A stretch of DNA of 54,913 nucleotides from a virus. The stretch is taken from IMG/VR virus record IMGVR_UViG_3300045988_075804; one strand, 5' to 3'. Every line of letters begins with the position of its first letter. Position 1 is the first letter of the stretch. Shown one piece after another: positions 15,821 to 24,651 of this stretch. The notes beneath the pieces were generated by a model. That model was not told where the DNA came from and did not search any database. It saw only the letters and a list, made by a program, of their open reading frames with translations. Made by a program: the position numbers and the translations under genes.

Positions 15821-16768
15821 ATGAATGAGATTAGCGTAAACGTTAAACAGGAACCGGGAAAGATTACATGGAATTTTGAGGAGATCAAAACAAACCTGGA
15901 GGCGGCACTTGCTGAGTATACCGGTATGGTCTATGACGATGATTCCATCAAGTCTGCAAAAACCGATGTAGCCACCCTGAGAGCATTGGCAAAAACCATT
16001 GAGGACAGACGTAAAGAAGTGAAAGAGAAATGCCTGGAGCCGTATGGAGTTATCGAGAAACAGGCAAAAGAGCTGGTTGCCCTGATTGATAAGCCTATTG
16101 CAGCTATCAACACACAGGTCCAGGATTACGAGAAACGCCGTAAGGAAAAGGCGAGAGCCGAGATTGATGCCTACTGGAAACAGAAAGTAGTTGTCCTCCC
16201 GGAATGTATCTGGGAAAAAGCCCACGAGCATATCTATGACAGCAGATGGGAAAATGCGACAGCCACCAAAAAGAGCTGGAAAGAGGGAATTGACAACGGT
16301 ATTCAGCTGATTGTAGGAGACATTGAGACGATCAAGAGCTTTGCGAGCAAATATGAGAACGATATGCTCCAGGTATTTTATAAGTCACTCACTCTCCAGG
16401 ATGCAATCCGCAAAATGAATGAGCTGAACGCCCAGGAGCAGAGAATCCTCGAACAGCAGAAACGTGAACAGGAAGAAAAGGAAGCAGCAGAAAAAGCAGC
16501 TGCAGAACAGGCGGCCAGAGAGCAGACTGCACCAACTCCGGAAAATACCCAGGAAATGATACAGCCGGAAAGCGTTGAAAAAACGGCAGTTTCCGCCCAG
16601 AAAATCCCAACTTCTCCAGCACCGGCAGAAATGGGACAGGCACAAGTTTCGGAACGTGCGTACCCTGGAGGTCAGATTGCGACACTGAGAATTACAGGAA
16701 CACCGCAGCAGGTCGCAAAGATTAAAGATTATATCAGATTTACCGGCGCTTCTTTTGAGGAGGTGTAA
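15821..16768 (+). CDS. DUF1351-like protein (a common RecT neighbour)
   Basis: The N-terminus ...ITWNFEEIKTNLEAALAEYTGMVYDDDSIKSAKTDVATLRAL is DUF1351-like. Start ATG 15821 (alternative 15815). Confidence 0.6.
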   Translation: MNEISVNVKQEPGKITWNFEEIKTNLEAALAEYTGMVYDDDSIKSAKTDVATLRALAKTIEDRRKEVKEKCLEPYGVIEKQAKELVALIDKPIAAINTQVQDYEKRRKEKARAEIDAYWKQKVVVLPECIWEKAHEHIYDSRWENATATKKSWKEGIDNGIQLIVGDIETIKSFASKYENDMLQVFYKSLTLQDAIRKMNELNAQEQRILEQQKREQEEKEAAEKAAAEQAAREQTAPTPENTQEMIQPESVEKTAVSAQKIPTSPAPAEMGQAQVSERAYPGGQIATLRITGTPQQVAKIKDYIRFTGASFEEV

Positions 16769-16771
16769 GCC

Positions 16772-17575
16772 GTGGTTCTGACACCTGAAAATTATTATTC
16801 TCCGGAAGCTAATTTTGAATATATGTCGGTTTCCCAGTTCAAGGACTTTTCGGGTACATACGGACAGGTCGGATGTGAAGCAAGAGCCATGGCGAAGCTC
16901 CGTGGAGAATACCAGGAGGAAAAAACAACCGCTCTGCTGGTCGGGAGCTATGTGGACAGTTATTTTGAGGGTCCGGAAAGTCTGGAGAGATTCAAGAGTG
17001 AAAACCCGGAAATCTTCACTCAGAAAGGCGAGTTGAGGGCAGAGTACAAGAAAGCAGATACTATCATTCAGAGAATCGAGAGTGACGAGTATTTCATGCA
17101 GTGCATGTCCGGTGAGAAACAGGTCATTATGACTGCTGAGATTTTTGGTATACCGTGGAAAATCAAGATAGATTCCTACGTGAAAGATATTGTTATCACT
17201 GATTTGAAAATCGTGGAGAGTATTAAAAAAATGAAATGGGTACGGGATCTGGGCTATCTGGATTTTATCCGCTTCTGGGGGTATGACACCCAGGGAGCAA
17301 TTTACCAGGAAACGGTTCGGCAGAACACCGGAAAGAGGCTTCCGTTCTACATAGCGGCAGCCTCCAAGGAACCAACAACCGACATCGAGGTTATCCATGT
17401 GCAGGAGAATTTCCTCCGGGAAGCTATGCACACGGTACAGTATCACATTGACCGGATTAAGCAAGTAAAAAGTGGAAAGGTAGAACCGGAGAGATGCGGA
17501 GTTTGCGACTACTGCCTCAGAACAAAGAAGTTGCGGCATCCTATCGGCATCCTGGATTTAACGGCAGGCATTTAG
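16772..17575 (+). CDS. PD-(D/E)XK (Cas4/YqaJ-like) exonuclease, partner of RecT
   Basis: GTG after GGAGGTGTAAGCC. D...ITDLKIV core and a C-terminal CGVCDYC Cys cluster. Confidence 0.6.
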   Translation: MVLTPENYYSPEANFEYMSVSQFKDFSGTYGQVGCEARAMAKLRGEYQEEKTTALLVGSYVDSYFEGPESLERFKSENPEIFTQKGELRAEYKKADTIIQRIESDEYFMQCMSGEKQVIMTAEIFGIPWKIKIDSYVKDIVITDLKIVESIKKMKWVRDLGYLDFIRFWGYDTQGAIYQETVRQNTGKRLPFYIAAASKEPTTDIEVIHVQENFLREAMHTVQYHIDRIKQVKSGKVEPERCGVCDYCLRTKKLRHPIGILDLTAGI

Positions 17576-17608
17576 CCGGATTACAGAAAGAATGGTGGTG
17601 GAAACAAG

Positions 17609-18403
17609 GTGGCATGGATTAGCGTAGACCAGAAATTGATAGGCGGAAAACTGAGAAGCCTCTACAAGTCAATCGGATGTTCGCAGAATGAAGCAATGGG
17701 GATTTTGGTGTTCCTTTGGCTCTGGGGTATCGACAACGCCGGCATGGACGGGTTAATAGTAAGTGCTGATCGGAGCGACATAGCGGATGTGTTAAAACCT
17801 GGGCTGGCTCCGGGTTTGGATGCTGAAACGGTTGTTGAAACCCTCATTCAGAATCACTGGATTGATGAAGTGGACGGGGAGCTGTACTTCCACGACTGGA
17901 GCGAATGGCGGTCTTATTACAACAAGTACATCGGTGAAAAAAAGAAACATGCCGAGCGTATGAGGAGATACAGAAGTAAAAATTCAGAAAGTGACGGGAG
18001 ATGTGACGTAGAAAGTGACATAACAAGTGACATAACAAGTGATGTCACGCCTAACAATACGCCAGAACAAGAAACTCCTCCGGAAGCAGAGAAGAAAACA
18101 CCGAAGTATGATAAGGATTTTGAGACATTCTGGGCGGCATATCCGAGAAAGGCAGATAAGGGGCAGTGCTATAAGAAGTATAAAGCCCGTATCAAGGACG
18201 GATATTCTCCGGAGGAGCTTCTGACAGCAGCCATGAATTATGCAGAACAGTGCAGACGGCAGAAAACAGAGCAACAGTATATCAAACACGGAAAGACGTT
18301 CCTGGGAGATTCGGTTCCTTTTGCCGATTTTCTCCCGAAAATGAACGAACAGCCGGTTGAAACGAAAAGACCTGAAACCGGAGGTAATCCGTTCAGAAGA
18401 TAG
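17609..18403 (+). CDS. Phage replisome organizer / DnaD-like replication initiator
   Basis: N-terminus MAWISVDQKL...GILVFLWLWGIDNA. C-terminus WAAYPRKADKG..YKKY......Y. An internal iteron array is present. Confidence 0.65.
   Translation: MAWISVDQKLIGGKLRSLYKSIGCSQNEAMGILVFLWLWGIDNAGMDGLIVSADRSDIADVLKPGLAPGLDAETVVETLIQNHWIDEVDGELYFHDWSEWRSYYNKYIGEKKKHAERMRRYRSKNSESDGRCDVESDITSDITSDVTPNNTPEQETPPEAEKKTPKYDKDFETFWAAYPRKADKGQCYKKYKARIKDGYSPEELLTAAMNYAEQCRRQKTEQQYIKHGKTFLGDSVPFADFLPKMNEQPVETKRPETGGNPFRR
17991..18050 (+). repeat. Five GTGA(C/T)-headed iterons at an exact 12-nt period (candidate ori inside the organizer gene)
   Basis: GTGAC or GTGAT at 17991, 18003, 18015, 18027 and 18039. The two central units are identical (gtgacataacaa). 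Confidence 0.6.
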
Positions 18404-18414
18404 GAGGTAATAAG

Positions 18415-19284
18415 GTGGAAGAAATCAGTAAAACCGTATCGGACTGCATGAACGGGTTAATACCAAGTGGAAGTCCGGAGCTGGAAGATGGAGACTACAT
18501 AGGGCAGGACGGGCTTGTGTATTGCGGAAAGTGCCATACACCGAAGCAGAAAAGGTTAAATATACCGGCTGGAATATTCGGTGACGGTGGAGAAAAAATT
18601 GTATCATGCCTGTGTAAATGCCGGAATGAGGCTGAGAACAGGAGAAAAGAGCAGGAAAAGTACCAACAGGAAATGATGCGGCTCCAGAGAATGAGGGATG
18701 CTTCCCTGATGGACAGTAAATACCGGGATGCAAGGTTTTCTAATTACCGGGTAAACAGCCACAACCAGAAAGCATACCGTCTGGCAGTGAATTACTCAAA
18801 ACGGTTCGACCGTATGTACTCTGAGAACCAGGGGCTTATCTTCCATGGTCCGGTAGGTACCGGAAAGAGTTTTACATCAGCCTGCATCGCAAATGAGCTT
18901 CTGGACAGCAGCACTTCCGTCATAATGACATCGTTCGTAAAGATACTGCAGAACATCCAGAAGCAGGACGAAGCTGAGTATATCGCAATGCTGAACAGCG
19001 CAAAGCTCCTGATCCTGGACGATCTGGGTACTGAGAGAAACACGGACTACGCTCTGGAAAAGGTTTATAACATCATCGACAGCCGTTCCAGGGTATCAAA
19101 GCCGATGGTTCTGACAACGAATCTGTCTCTGAATGAAATGATGGATGCTACAGACATCCGGTACAAGCGTATTTATGACAGGATTCTGGAAACGTGCTAC
19201 CCGGTGGAAATATCCGGAGATTCGTTCCGGATGCAGTCGGCGGCACAGAGGTTTGACAGAATGGCAGAATTTATGGAGGGATAA
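18415..19284 (+). CDS. DnaC/IstB-like AAA+ helicase loader
   Basis: Walker A is GPVGTGKS. Walker B is LLILDDLGTE. The N-terminus is Cys-rich. Confidence 0.85.
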   Translation: MEEISKTVSDCMNGLIPSGSPELEDGDYIGQDGLVYCGKCHTPKQKRLNIPAGIFGDGGEKIVSCLCKCRNEAENRRKEQEKYQQEMMRLQRMRDASLMDSKYRDARFSNYRVNSHNQKAYRLAVNYSKRFDRMYSENQGLIFHGPVGTGKSFTSACIANELLDSSTSVIMTSFVKILQNIQKQDEAEYIAMLNSAKLLILDDLGTERNTDYALEKVYNIIDSRSRVSKPMVLTTNLSLNEMMDATDIRYKRIYDRILETCYPVEISGDSFRMQSAAQRFDRMAEFMEG

Positions 19285-19285
19285 A

Positions 19286-19471
19286 ATGGCGAAAAGCGAA
19301 ACGGAGTTAAGAATTTACAATCAGGAGGACAGGCTGAACGTAGCCCAGATCCTGATTAAGAACGGGTACGCTGTGAGGCAGACCAAAAGAAAACGCACAG
19401 AGACGGGAAAGACCCTGGATTATTACCTGGTAGTTTCCGAGTGTGATGAAACAGCTGATACAAGCAGATAG
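19286..19471 (+). CDS. Hypothetical small protein (61 aa)
   Basis: Track ORF 19145.. trimmed to ATG 19286, which follows GGAGGGATAAA. Confidence 0.5.
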   Translation: MAKSETELRIYNQEDRLNVAQILIKNGYAVRQTKRKRTETGKTLDYYLVVSECDETADTSR

Positions 19472-19482
19472 GAGGGAAGCAC

Positions 19483-19626
19483 ATGAGTAAGTCGAGATAT
19501 TCAAAGACCAAGGCGGCAGGAGAAGCCGTTGGAATGAACCGGTACGGTAAGCAGTTCAATCAAAGCTCTCGTCTGGTACCGTCAAAAAACAGACAGATGC
19601 GGAGAACGGAAAGCAGAGGGAGGTAA
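19483..19626 (+). CDS. Hypothetical basic small protein (47 aa)
   Basis: Not in the track. ATG 19483 follows TAGGAGGGAAGCAC. Confidence 0.4.
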   Translation: MSKSRYSKTKAAGEAVGMNRYGKQFNQSSRLVPSKNRQMRRTESRGR

Positions 19627-19630
19627 TTAA

Positions 19631-20122
19631 GTGGACGAGGTAAAATTTGTTGTCCCTGGAGAACCTACCGGGAAAGGCAGACCGCAGACAAAGGTTATGT
19701 ACAACCCGAACGGCTTCAAAGACAAAAAGACCGGGAAAGTCCGTAACACCATGGTAAACAATGTTACACCGAAAAAGACGGTTATCTATGAGAACCTGGT
19801 GAAATGTATCTACCATGAGCAATGCCAGGACTTCCGGTTCCCGGATGGTGCGATGCTGGATATGCGGATTTTGGCTTATTACGGCATTCCGAAAAGCAAG
19901 TCAAAGAAGATTAAGGAGCAGATGGCAAAAGGCTTGCTACGGCCCATAAAGAAGCCTGATATGGACAACGTGGTTAAGGTTATCGCTGACAGTCTGAACA
20001 CGATAGCGTACCGGGATGATACCCAGATCGTGGACTGCCAGTGCAGAAAATTCTACTCGGAGAATCCGAGGGTGGAAGTGATTATTAAGATGGTGGAGGT
20101 AAAAAGTGAAGCTCATGGATAA
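19631..20122 (+). CDS. rusA: RusA-family Holliday junction resolvase
   Basis: GKGRP...PDMDNVVKVIADSLNTIAYRDDTQIVD is the RusA signature. Confidence 0.8.
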   Translation: MDEVKFVVPGEPTGKGRPQTKVMYNPNGFKDKKTGKVRNTMVNNVTPKKTVIYENLVKCIYHEQCQDFRFPDGAMLDMRILAYYGIPKSKSKKIKEQMAKGLLRPIKKPDMDNVVKVIADSLNTIAYRDDTQIVDCQCRKFYSENPRVEVIIKMVEVKSEAHG

Positions 20123-20645
20123 ATTAAAAGAGTTTTTCGGAAAAAGTGGCAAAGCTCCGGATTCCGGAAATAGTAAGGAACAGAGACAGAGAGAGGCTGA
20201 GCTGGTGGAGAAGATGCAGAATCCGCCGGTTGCCAGTTATACAAACCCGAATGCACCCATGACATACCAGGAATTGGCGTTGCTGGTACCTCGTGACATG
20301 TGGTTACCGAAGCATCCGAAACACCGGGCGGTATTCGGGTTGCTCCAGAATATGACAAGGTTCCTGGAAGAAAGCCGCATAATTTCCAAACAGGCAGTAG
20401 ACCGATACAAGAATCTTCCGGCGGAAGTGCCGCAGCAGATCAGAATCCGTGGAATCCAGGAACAAATGTCGGCTATCCGTTTCCGGCTGGATTGTTCGGA
20501 TTATGAGAATGTCCTGGAAATGGAAATTTTGAAAAACAGGCTGCATGGGCTATACCAGGTAGCGAAAGAGATTGATCCGGAGGGAACGGCACGTTATGAA
20601 CGCCACATTGACAAGCAGATGCGGAAAGCGAGGACGAGAGCATGA
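20106..20645 (+). CDS. Hypothetical protein (179 aa)
   Basis: GTG after GGAGGTAAAAA. Confidence 0.55.
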   Translation: MKLMDKLKEFFGKSGKAPDSGNSKEQRQREAELVEKMQNPPVASYTNPNAPMTYQELALLVPRDMWLPKHPKHRAVFGLLQNMTRFLEESRIISKQAVDRYKNLPAEVPQQIRIRGIQEQMSAIRFRLDCSDYENVLEMEILKNRLHGLYQVAKEIDPEGTARYERHIDKQMRKARTRA

Positions 20646-20887
20646 GTATTCCAAAGCCGAAGTCAAACCTGGAAAAACTCCAGGAGGAGGGCGTACTGCC
20701 GGAGAGTATGACGCTGGATGAAGCGGTGGAGGAGCTGACAGACGAGCTGAATTGTGTGGAATGTATTGCCCTGGAGCAGTGTGCAGACTGTTTCGGAGAG
20801 GACACCAGGGACAATGAAAACCCACGGTGCCGAGAGGTTGTAAGAGCGTATTTGAATCAGGATTACAAGAAAAAGGAGGACAAGTAA
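20642..20887 (+). CDS. Hypothetical acidic small protein (81 aa)
   Basis: ATGA overlap with the previous gene. Confidence 0.5.
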   Translation: MSIPKPKSNLEKLQEEGVLPESMTLDEAVEELTDELNCVECIALEQCADCFGEDTRDNENPRCREVVRAYLNQDYKKKEDK

Positions 20888-20889
20888 AA

Positions 20890-21591
20890 ATGAGCATGGA
20901 AAATATCAGAGAGCTGTTCCTGGAGGATGAAACCTTTGAGGATGCCAGGCAGAAATTTAACACGGTATTACAGAGACTGTTCCGCAGCATGATTGACACA
21001 GAATCAAATGATGGTTCTATCACGCTGAAAATGGATGTTTCAATGCAGACGGAGTACATACCAAACCATGACCCAGATATTAAGGGAGAGAGCCGGTGCA
21101 TAAGACTTCCGCAGTTTGCATACAAGGTTTCTTCGTCCATCACGGTAAAGGACGAGCAGAAAGGTAATAAAAATCCTCAGATGGAGCTTGTCTGGGATGA
21201 AAAGCAGCAGAAATACGTACTCCAGTATGTCGCTAATACAGAGCAGAGAAGTATTTTCGATAAAGATTTCCAGGAAGAAATGAACGGCGGTTCCGATCAG
21301 GAGGGCATCGAGACATCGCCGGAGCGTGATTACCTGAACGTGAAGCAGATTGCCGGTCCGGTAGCGGACGAGGGTGCGCTTCCTGGGGATGTGACAGACC
21401 AGGACAGTGATGCGATTGACGGAGACTACAGAGAAGTAGGCACTGGAGAAGCCGAGACGGGCGATTTCGCCGGGGATGCAGATACGGACGGAGAAACACC
21501 GGACGTAGACCAGGGAACGCTCCCTGATGGCGATAATGAAGCTGATAACGCCGGATATGACTACGAGGATCCGGAAGAACCGGAGGAATAA
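20890..21591 (+). CDS. Hypothetical protein with a highly acidic C-terminal tail (233 aa)
   Basis: Track ORF trimmed to ATG 20890, which follows AAGGAGGACAAGTAAAA. Confidence 0.55.
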   Translation: MSMENIRELFLEDETFEDARQKFNTVLQRLFRSMIDTESNDGSITLKMDVSMQTEYIPNHDPDIKGESRCIRLPQFAYKVSSSITVKDEQKGNKNPQMELVWDEKQQKYVLQYVANTEQRSIFDKDFQEEMNGGSDQEGIETSPERDYLNVKQIAGPVADEGALPGDVTDQDSDAIDGDYREVGTGEAETGDFAGDADTDGETPDVDQGTLPDGDNEADNAGYDYEDPEEPEE

Positions 21592-21611
21592 GCAGAGAGG
21601 ATGGCTGTAAT

Positions 21612-21878
21612 ATGGCAAACGGAAGTTACGGGAAATGTGCCGGATGTGGTGCGATGGTGATCTGGGTAAAAACTCAGGCAGGAAAGAATATGCCGTGCGA
21701 TCCTACGTTGCATAATTACAAGATCGACCCGACCGGAAAAGAGAAAATTGTTACTCAGACCGGAAAGGTTGTGACCGGGGTAACCGGAATAGATGCACAG
21801 TCGGCGGACGGATTCGGTTACATATCGCATTTTGCCACATGCAAAAGTGCAAATAATTTTCGGAGGGGTAGAAAGTAA
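21612..21878 (+). CDS. Small Cys-containing protein (88 aa)
   Basis: CAGCG...C...C pattern. Operon packing. Confidence 0.5.
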   Translation: MANGSYGKCAGCGAMVIWVKTQAGKNMPCDPTLHNYKIDPTGKEKIVTQTGKVVTGVTGIDAQSADGFGYISHFATCKSANNFRRGRK

Positions 21879-22468
21879 TGGTTGTAGATATTTTCAACAC
21901 AGACAGAAAATACCAGACCATATACGCAGACCCTCCGTGGTGGGAAACAGGCGGTGGAAAGATAAAGAGAGGAGCAGACCGGCATTATCAGCTGATGAAA
22001 ATACCGGAGATCATCGCTCTGCCTGTTCCGGAGTTAATAGCCCCGGACGGGTGCCACCTTTACCTGTGGGCTACGAATAACCACCTGAAAGATGCCTTTG
22101 CAGTCATGGAGGCTTGGGGCTTCCAGTATGTAACGACAATTACCTGGCAGAAAGACAGGGCTGGTCTGGGGCAGTATTACCGTGGAATGACGGAACACTG
22201 TCTGTTCGGAACCACAAAAAAGAGACTGCCGTATAAGATTGTAGACGGGAAACGCCAGCAAGGAGTGACCGGATTCCTGGAAGCTCGCAGAGAACACAGC
22301 CAGAAACCGGAACGTATGCGGCAAATGATAGAGACTGTAAGCTATGGTCCCATGATTGAACTATTCGCAAGAGAACAGAGAAGCGGCTGGGATGCCTGGG
22401 ACTTGGAAGTCCAGGGGGGGGGTAATTCTATTACTTCTCTGCCTGGGAAAAGAATTGAAAAGGAGTAA
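21878..22468 (+). CDS. MT-A70-family N6-adenine DNA methyltransferase
   Basis: YADPPWW (DPPW motif), ...LYLWATN..., and HSQKPE near the C-terminus. Confidence 0.8.
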   Translation: MVVDIFNTDRKYQTIYADPPWWETGGGKIKRGADRHYQLMKIPEIIALPVPELIAPDGCHLYLWATNNHLKDAFAVMEAWGFQYVTTITWQKDRAGLGQYYRGMTEHCLFGTTKKRLPYKIVDGKRQQGVTGFLEARREHSQKPERMRQMIETVSYGPMIELFAREQRSGWDAWDLEVQGGGNSITSLPGKRIEKE

Positions 22469-22999
22469 ATGAGCATGGATTATAAGAAAATGTGGTACAT
22501 GATGAAAGAAAACCTGCTGAGAGAATCACAGCGTAGAGAACTTGGAACGATCAGAATGGATGCGGTAGAGCGGCATCTTAAAATTATGGACGACATCGAA
22601 GTTAAGGCGATGAAAGAAAGCCAGCACGTATGCGAGTGCGGAGGAGAGAAAACTCCTTGCAATCCGAAGCCGGAAAAGGAAACCGGAAATAAACGGGAAC
22701 CGTGGGGAAAAACCGCATCAGGAAAATGCAAAGACACGGAAAAGCCGGAAGATGGCAAGGACATCCTGAGAAAGATTTTCGGTGATGATTTTGTAAGTGA
22801 CCTGGAAACCTTGGAAAAGAAAATTGTAGAGGGAAAAGAGCCGGTAATCATGGTGGATGGTGATCTGGAAATTCCGGACAACCTGGAAAGAGCTGCCAGA
22901 GAAAAGAATATCTCTATCGCACATGTTCACTGTGGAGCGTTTGAAGTAGGAGCCGGGATTCCATTTCCGTTCCCGTTTCCTCCTGGATTTCTGAAATAA
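22469..22999 (+). CDS. Hypothetical protein (176 aa; the start may be ATG 22475)
   Basis: Abuts the methyltransferase stop. RBS spacing favours 22475. Confidence 0.5.
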   Translation: MSMDYKKMWYMMKENLLRESQRRELGTIRMDAVERHLKIMDDIEVKAMKESQHVCECGGEKTPCNPKPEKETGNKREPWGKTASGKCKDTEKPEDGKDILRKIFGDDFVSDLETLEKKIVEGKEPVIMVDGDLEIPDNLERAAREKNISIAHVHCGAFEVGAGIPFPFPFPPGFLK

Positions 23000-23124
23000 A
23001 ACTGAATAAAAAACGAGAGCCCAACTCATGCCACCAGGACACTTGTTGAACTCCACGAAACGGTTGAGACTATTGTAAGTCTCTAAGTGGAAATTGTCAA
23101 GAGTGAAATGGGAGGTATAGCAAG

Positions 23125-23712
23125 ATGGCGAAAAACGGTAAAACATACAGCATTACAGAAGCTCAGCTGGAGGATATGATAAAAAAGGCATCCGAGGCCG
23201 GGGCGGAGGCATACAAGAAAGAGCAGAGCCAGTCTACCAGGAGGAAAGTAGACCGGATGCTCTACAAGACCAAGGTTCTCCTGGAGAAATACACATGGCT
23301 CAAAGCGTATGCTAAAAATTCTGTATACACACTGGAACAGGCGGAAAAGGTCAATGACGGTATGGCAGACATCGAGGTTCTGACAAAGTTCGGTATCTTT
23401 GATAATGATAAAACACTGCACAATCTGAAAAGGGGCGTTATTACTGTCAATATGTTAATGACCCATGTGGACAATATGCTGGAGGTTTACCGTGAGAATT
23501 GTGAAAGCTCCGCCTCCAAGACAAAGCAACGCCAGTACAGAGTAGTTTATAACATGTATCTGGCAGAGGAGAAAAAGACCACAAAGGAAATTGCTGAAAT
23601 GGAGTGTGAGGAGGTACGCACGATTCAGAATGATGCGAAAGCAGCCAGGGAGGACTTGACAGCCCTTATTTTTGGGTTAGATGGTATTCTGGTAAGAATA
23701 CTCAGGGAGTAG
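23125..23712 (+). CDS. Candidate late-gene regulator (C-terminal HTH / sigma region-4-like), in a Q-like position
   Basis: ATG after GGGAGGTATAGCAAG. C-terminal KKTTKEIAEMECEEVRTIQNDAKAAREDL. It is the last gene before the structured late leader. Confidence 0.35.
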   Translation: MAKNGKTYSITEAQLEDMIKKASEAGAEAYKKEQSQSTRRKVDRMLYKTKVLLEKYTWLKAYAKNSVYTLEQAEKVNDGMADIEVLTKFGIFDNDKTLHNLKRGVITVNMLMTHVDNMLEVYRENCESSASKTKQRQYRVVYNMYLAEEKKTTKEIAEMECEEVRTIQNDAKAAREDLTALIFGLDGILVRILRE

Positions 23713-23777
23713 TGGAGAAAAGGCTACATGAGGCTATAACAAAGCGAGAAAGGTATACCATTTACGTTTTATTTACG

Positions 23778-23806
23778 TTGAAACTGTTTTAAGCAAATGT
23801 TATCTT
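23778..23806 (+). promoter_or_regulatory. Candidate promoter TTGAAA-17-TATCTT feeding the structured late leader
   Basis: TTGAAA 23778-23783, TATCTT 23801-23806, 17-nt spacer. Confidence 0.4.
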
Positions 23807-23837
23807 GTAAAAAGCAAGTTTCTACTTGCTGGCTGTT

Positions 23838-23870
23838 CGTAATCTGATCCGGTAAACAGATTACGTTTTC
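23838..23870 (+). terminator. Intrinsic terminator 1 in the late leader
   Basis: cgtaatctg pairs with cagattacg (9 bp). 10-nt loop, then TTTTCTCATTT. Confidence 0.65.
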
Positions 23871-23977
23871 TCATTTATTCCCTCCGGTGGGGCGGCTTCA
23901 GCTTCCCCACCCTGGATATAGAGAACAGCTGAAAGCATGTAGTACAGCTACTCCTACAAAATAAAGTTCCCACAAAA

Positions 23978-24012
23978 GGGCTGTGCCTGGTCGGCATGGT
24001 CCTTTTTGTTTT
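23978..24012 (+). terminator. Intrinsic terminator 2, 25 nt upstream of the first late gene
   Basis: gggctgtgcc pairs with ggcatggtcc (10 bp including 3 G-U). Loop tggtc, then TTTTTGTTTT. Confidence 0.55.
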
Positions 24013-24036
24013 ATCCAGAAAGAGGTGAGAAATTAA

Positions 24037-24651
24037 ATGAGCGAATTTGAAAACCCTAATTTACCGGAAAACTTGCCGGAAAAAAGAATTGAAGTTGTCA
24101 CAATGAGGGTAGGAGACATCAAAACCGGTTTCGGTAATCCGAGAAAAATCGGAAAGAAGAAACGAGAGGAGCTGAAACGCTCACTGGAGCAGTTCGGGGA
24201 TTTTGGTCTTTTTCTGATTGATGAACAGGACAACGTAATCGCCGGAAACATGAGACACGCTATCCTAAATGAGATTAACCCGGATCAGGAAGTCACATGT
24301 AAACGCCTGGTAGGATATACAGAGGCGGAGCTGAGGGCGATTAACATTAAGGACAACACCCACGCCGGGGAGTGGGATATGGACTTGCTGGCAGACTGGA
24401 CAGCTGATTTGAACATGGATTTAGGTCTGGACTTGCAGGAGGGCAGCCCAGGGGAGCGGAAGATTAAGGAAATGGAGCTTCTGAATTACGAGAAGTATGA
24501 TTACGTGATGATCGTCTGCAAGAATGAAATGGATTATAACGAGCTGACCCGTAGGCTGGGAATTGACGGTGCAAAGGTTAAGATCAACGATAAGAAGAAA
24601 ATCAAAGCAAGGGCGGTGTGGTACCATGAATCAGGATTATCAAGCATGTAA
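24037..24651 (+). CDS. ParB-like nuclease-domain protein
   Basis: VGDIKTGFGNPRKI....EELKRSLEQFG.......D..NVIAGNMRH is a ParB/Srx N-terminal motif. Confidence 0.7.
   Translation: MSEFENPNLPENLPEKRIEVVTMRVGDIKTGFGNPRKIGKKKREELKRSLEQFGDFGLFLIDEQDNVIAGNMRHAILNEINPDQEVTCKRLVGYTEAELRAINIKDNTHAGEWDMDLLADWTADLNMDLGLDLQEGSPGERKIKEMELLNYEKYDYVMIVCKNEMDYNELTRRLGIDGAKVKINDKKKIKARAVWYHESGLSSM

Noticed and set aside
16385-17539. 384-aa minus-strand ORF, the longest antisense ORF in the window
   Set aside because: It lies antisense to the well-supported DUF1351-like and exonuclease genes. It has no RBS, and its composition is low-complexity and rich in Cys, Phe and Leu. It is typical of a stop-poor antisense frame.
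23713-24036. Checked the large intergenic regions (also 31310-31666, 45521-45778 and 50759-51478) for tRNA or tmRNA genes
   Set aside because: No cloverleaf could be drawn by eye, and there is no GTTCRANYC T-loop with a matching acceptor stem. This should still be confirmed with tRNAscan-SE or ARAGORN.
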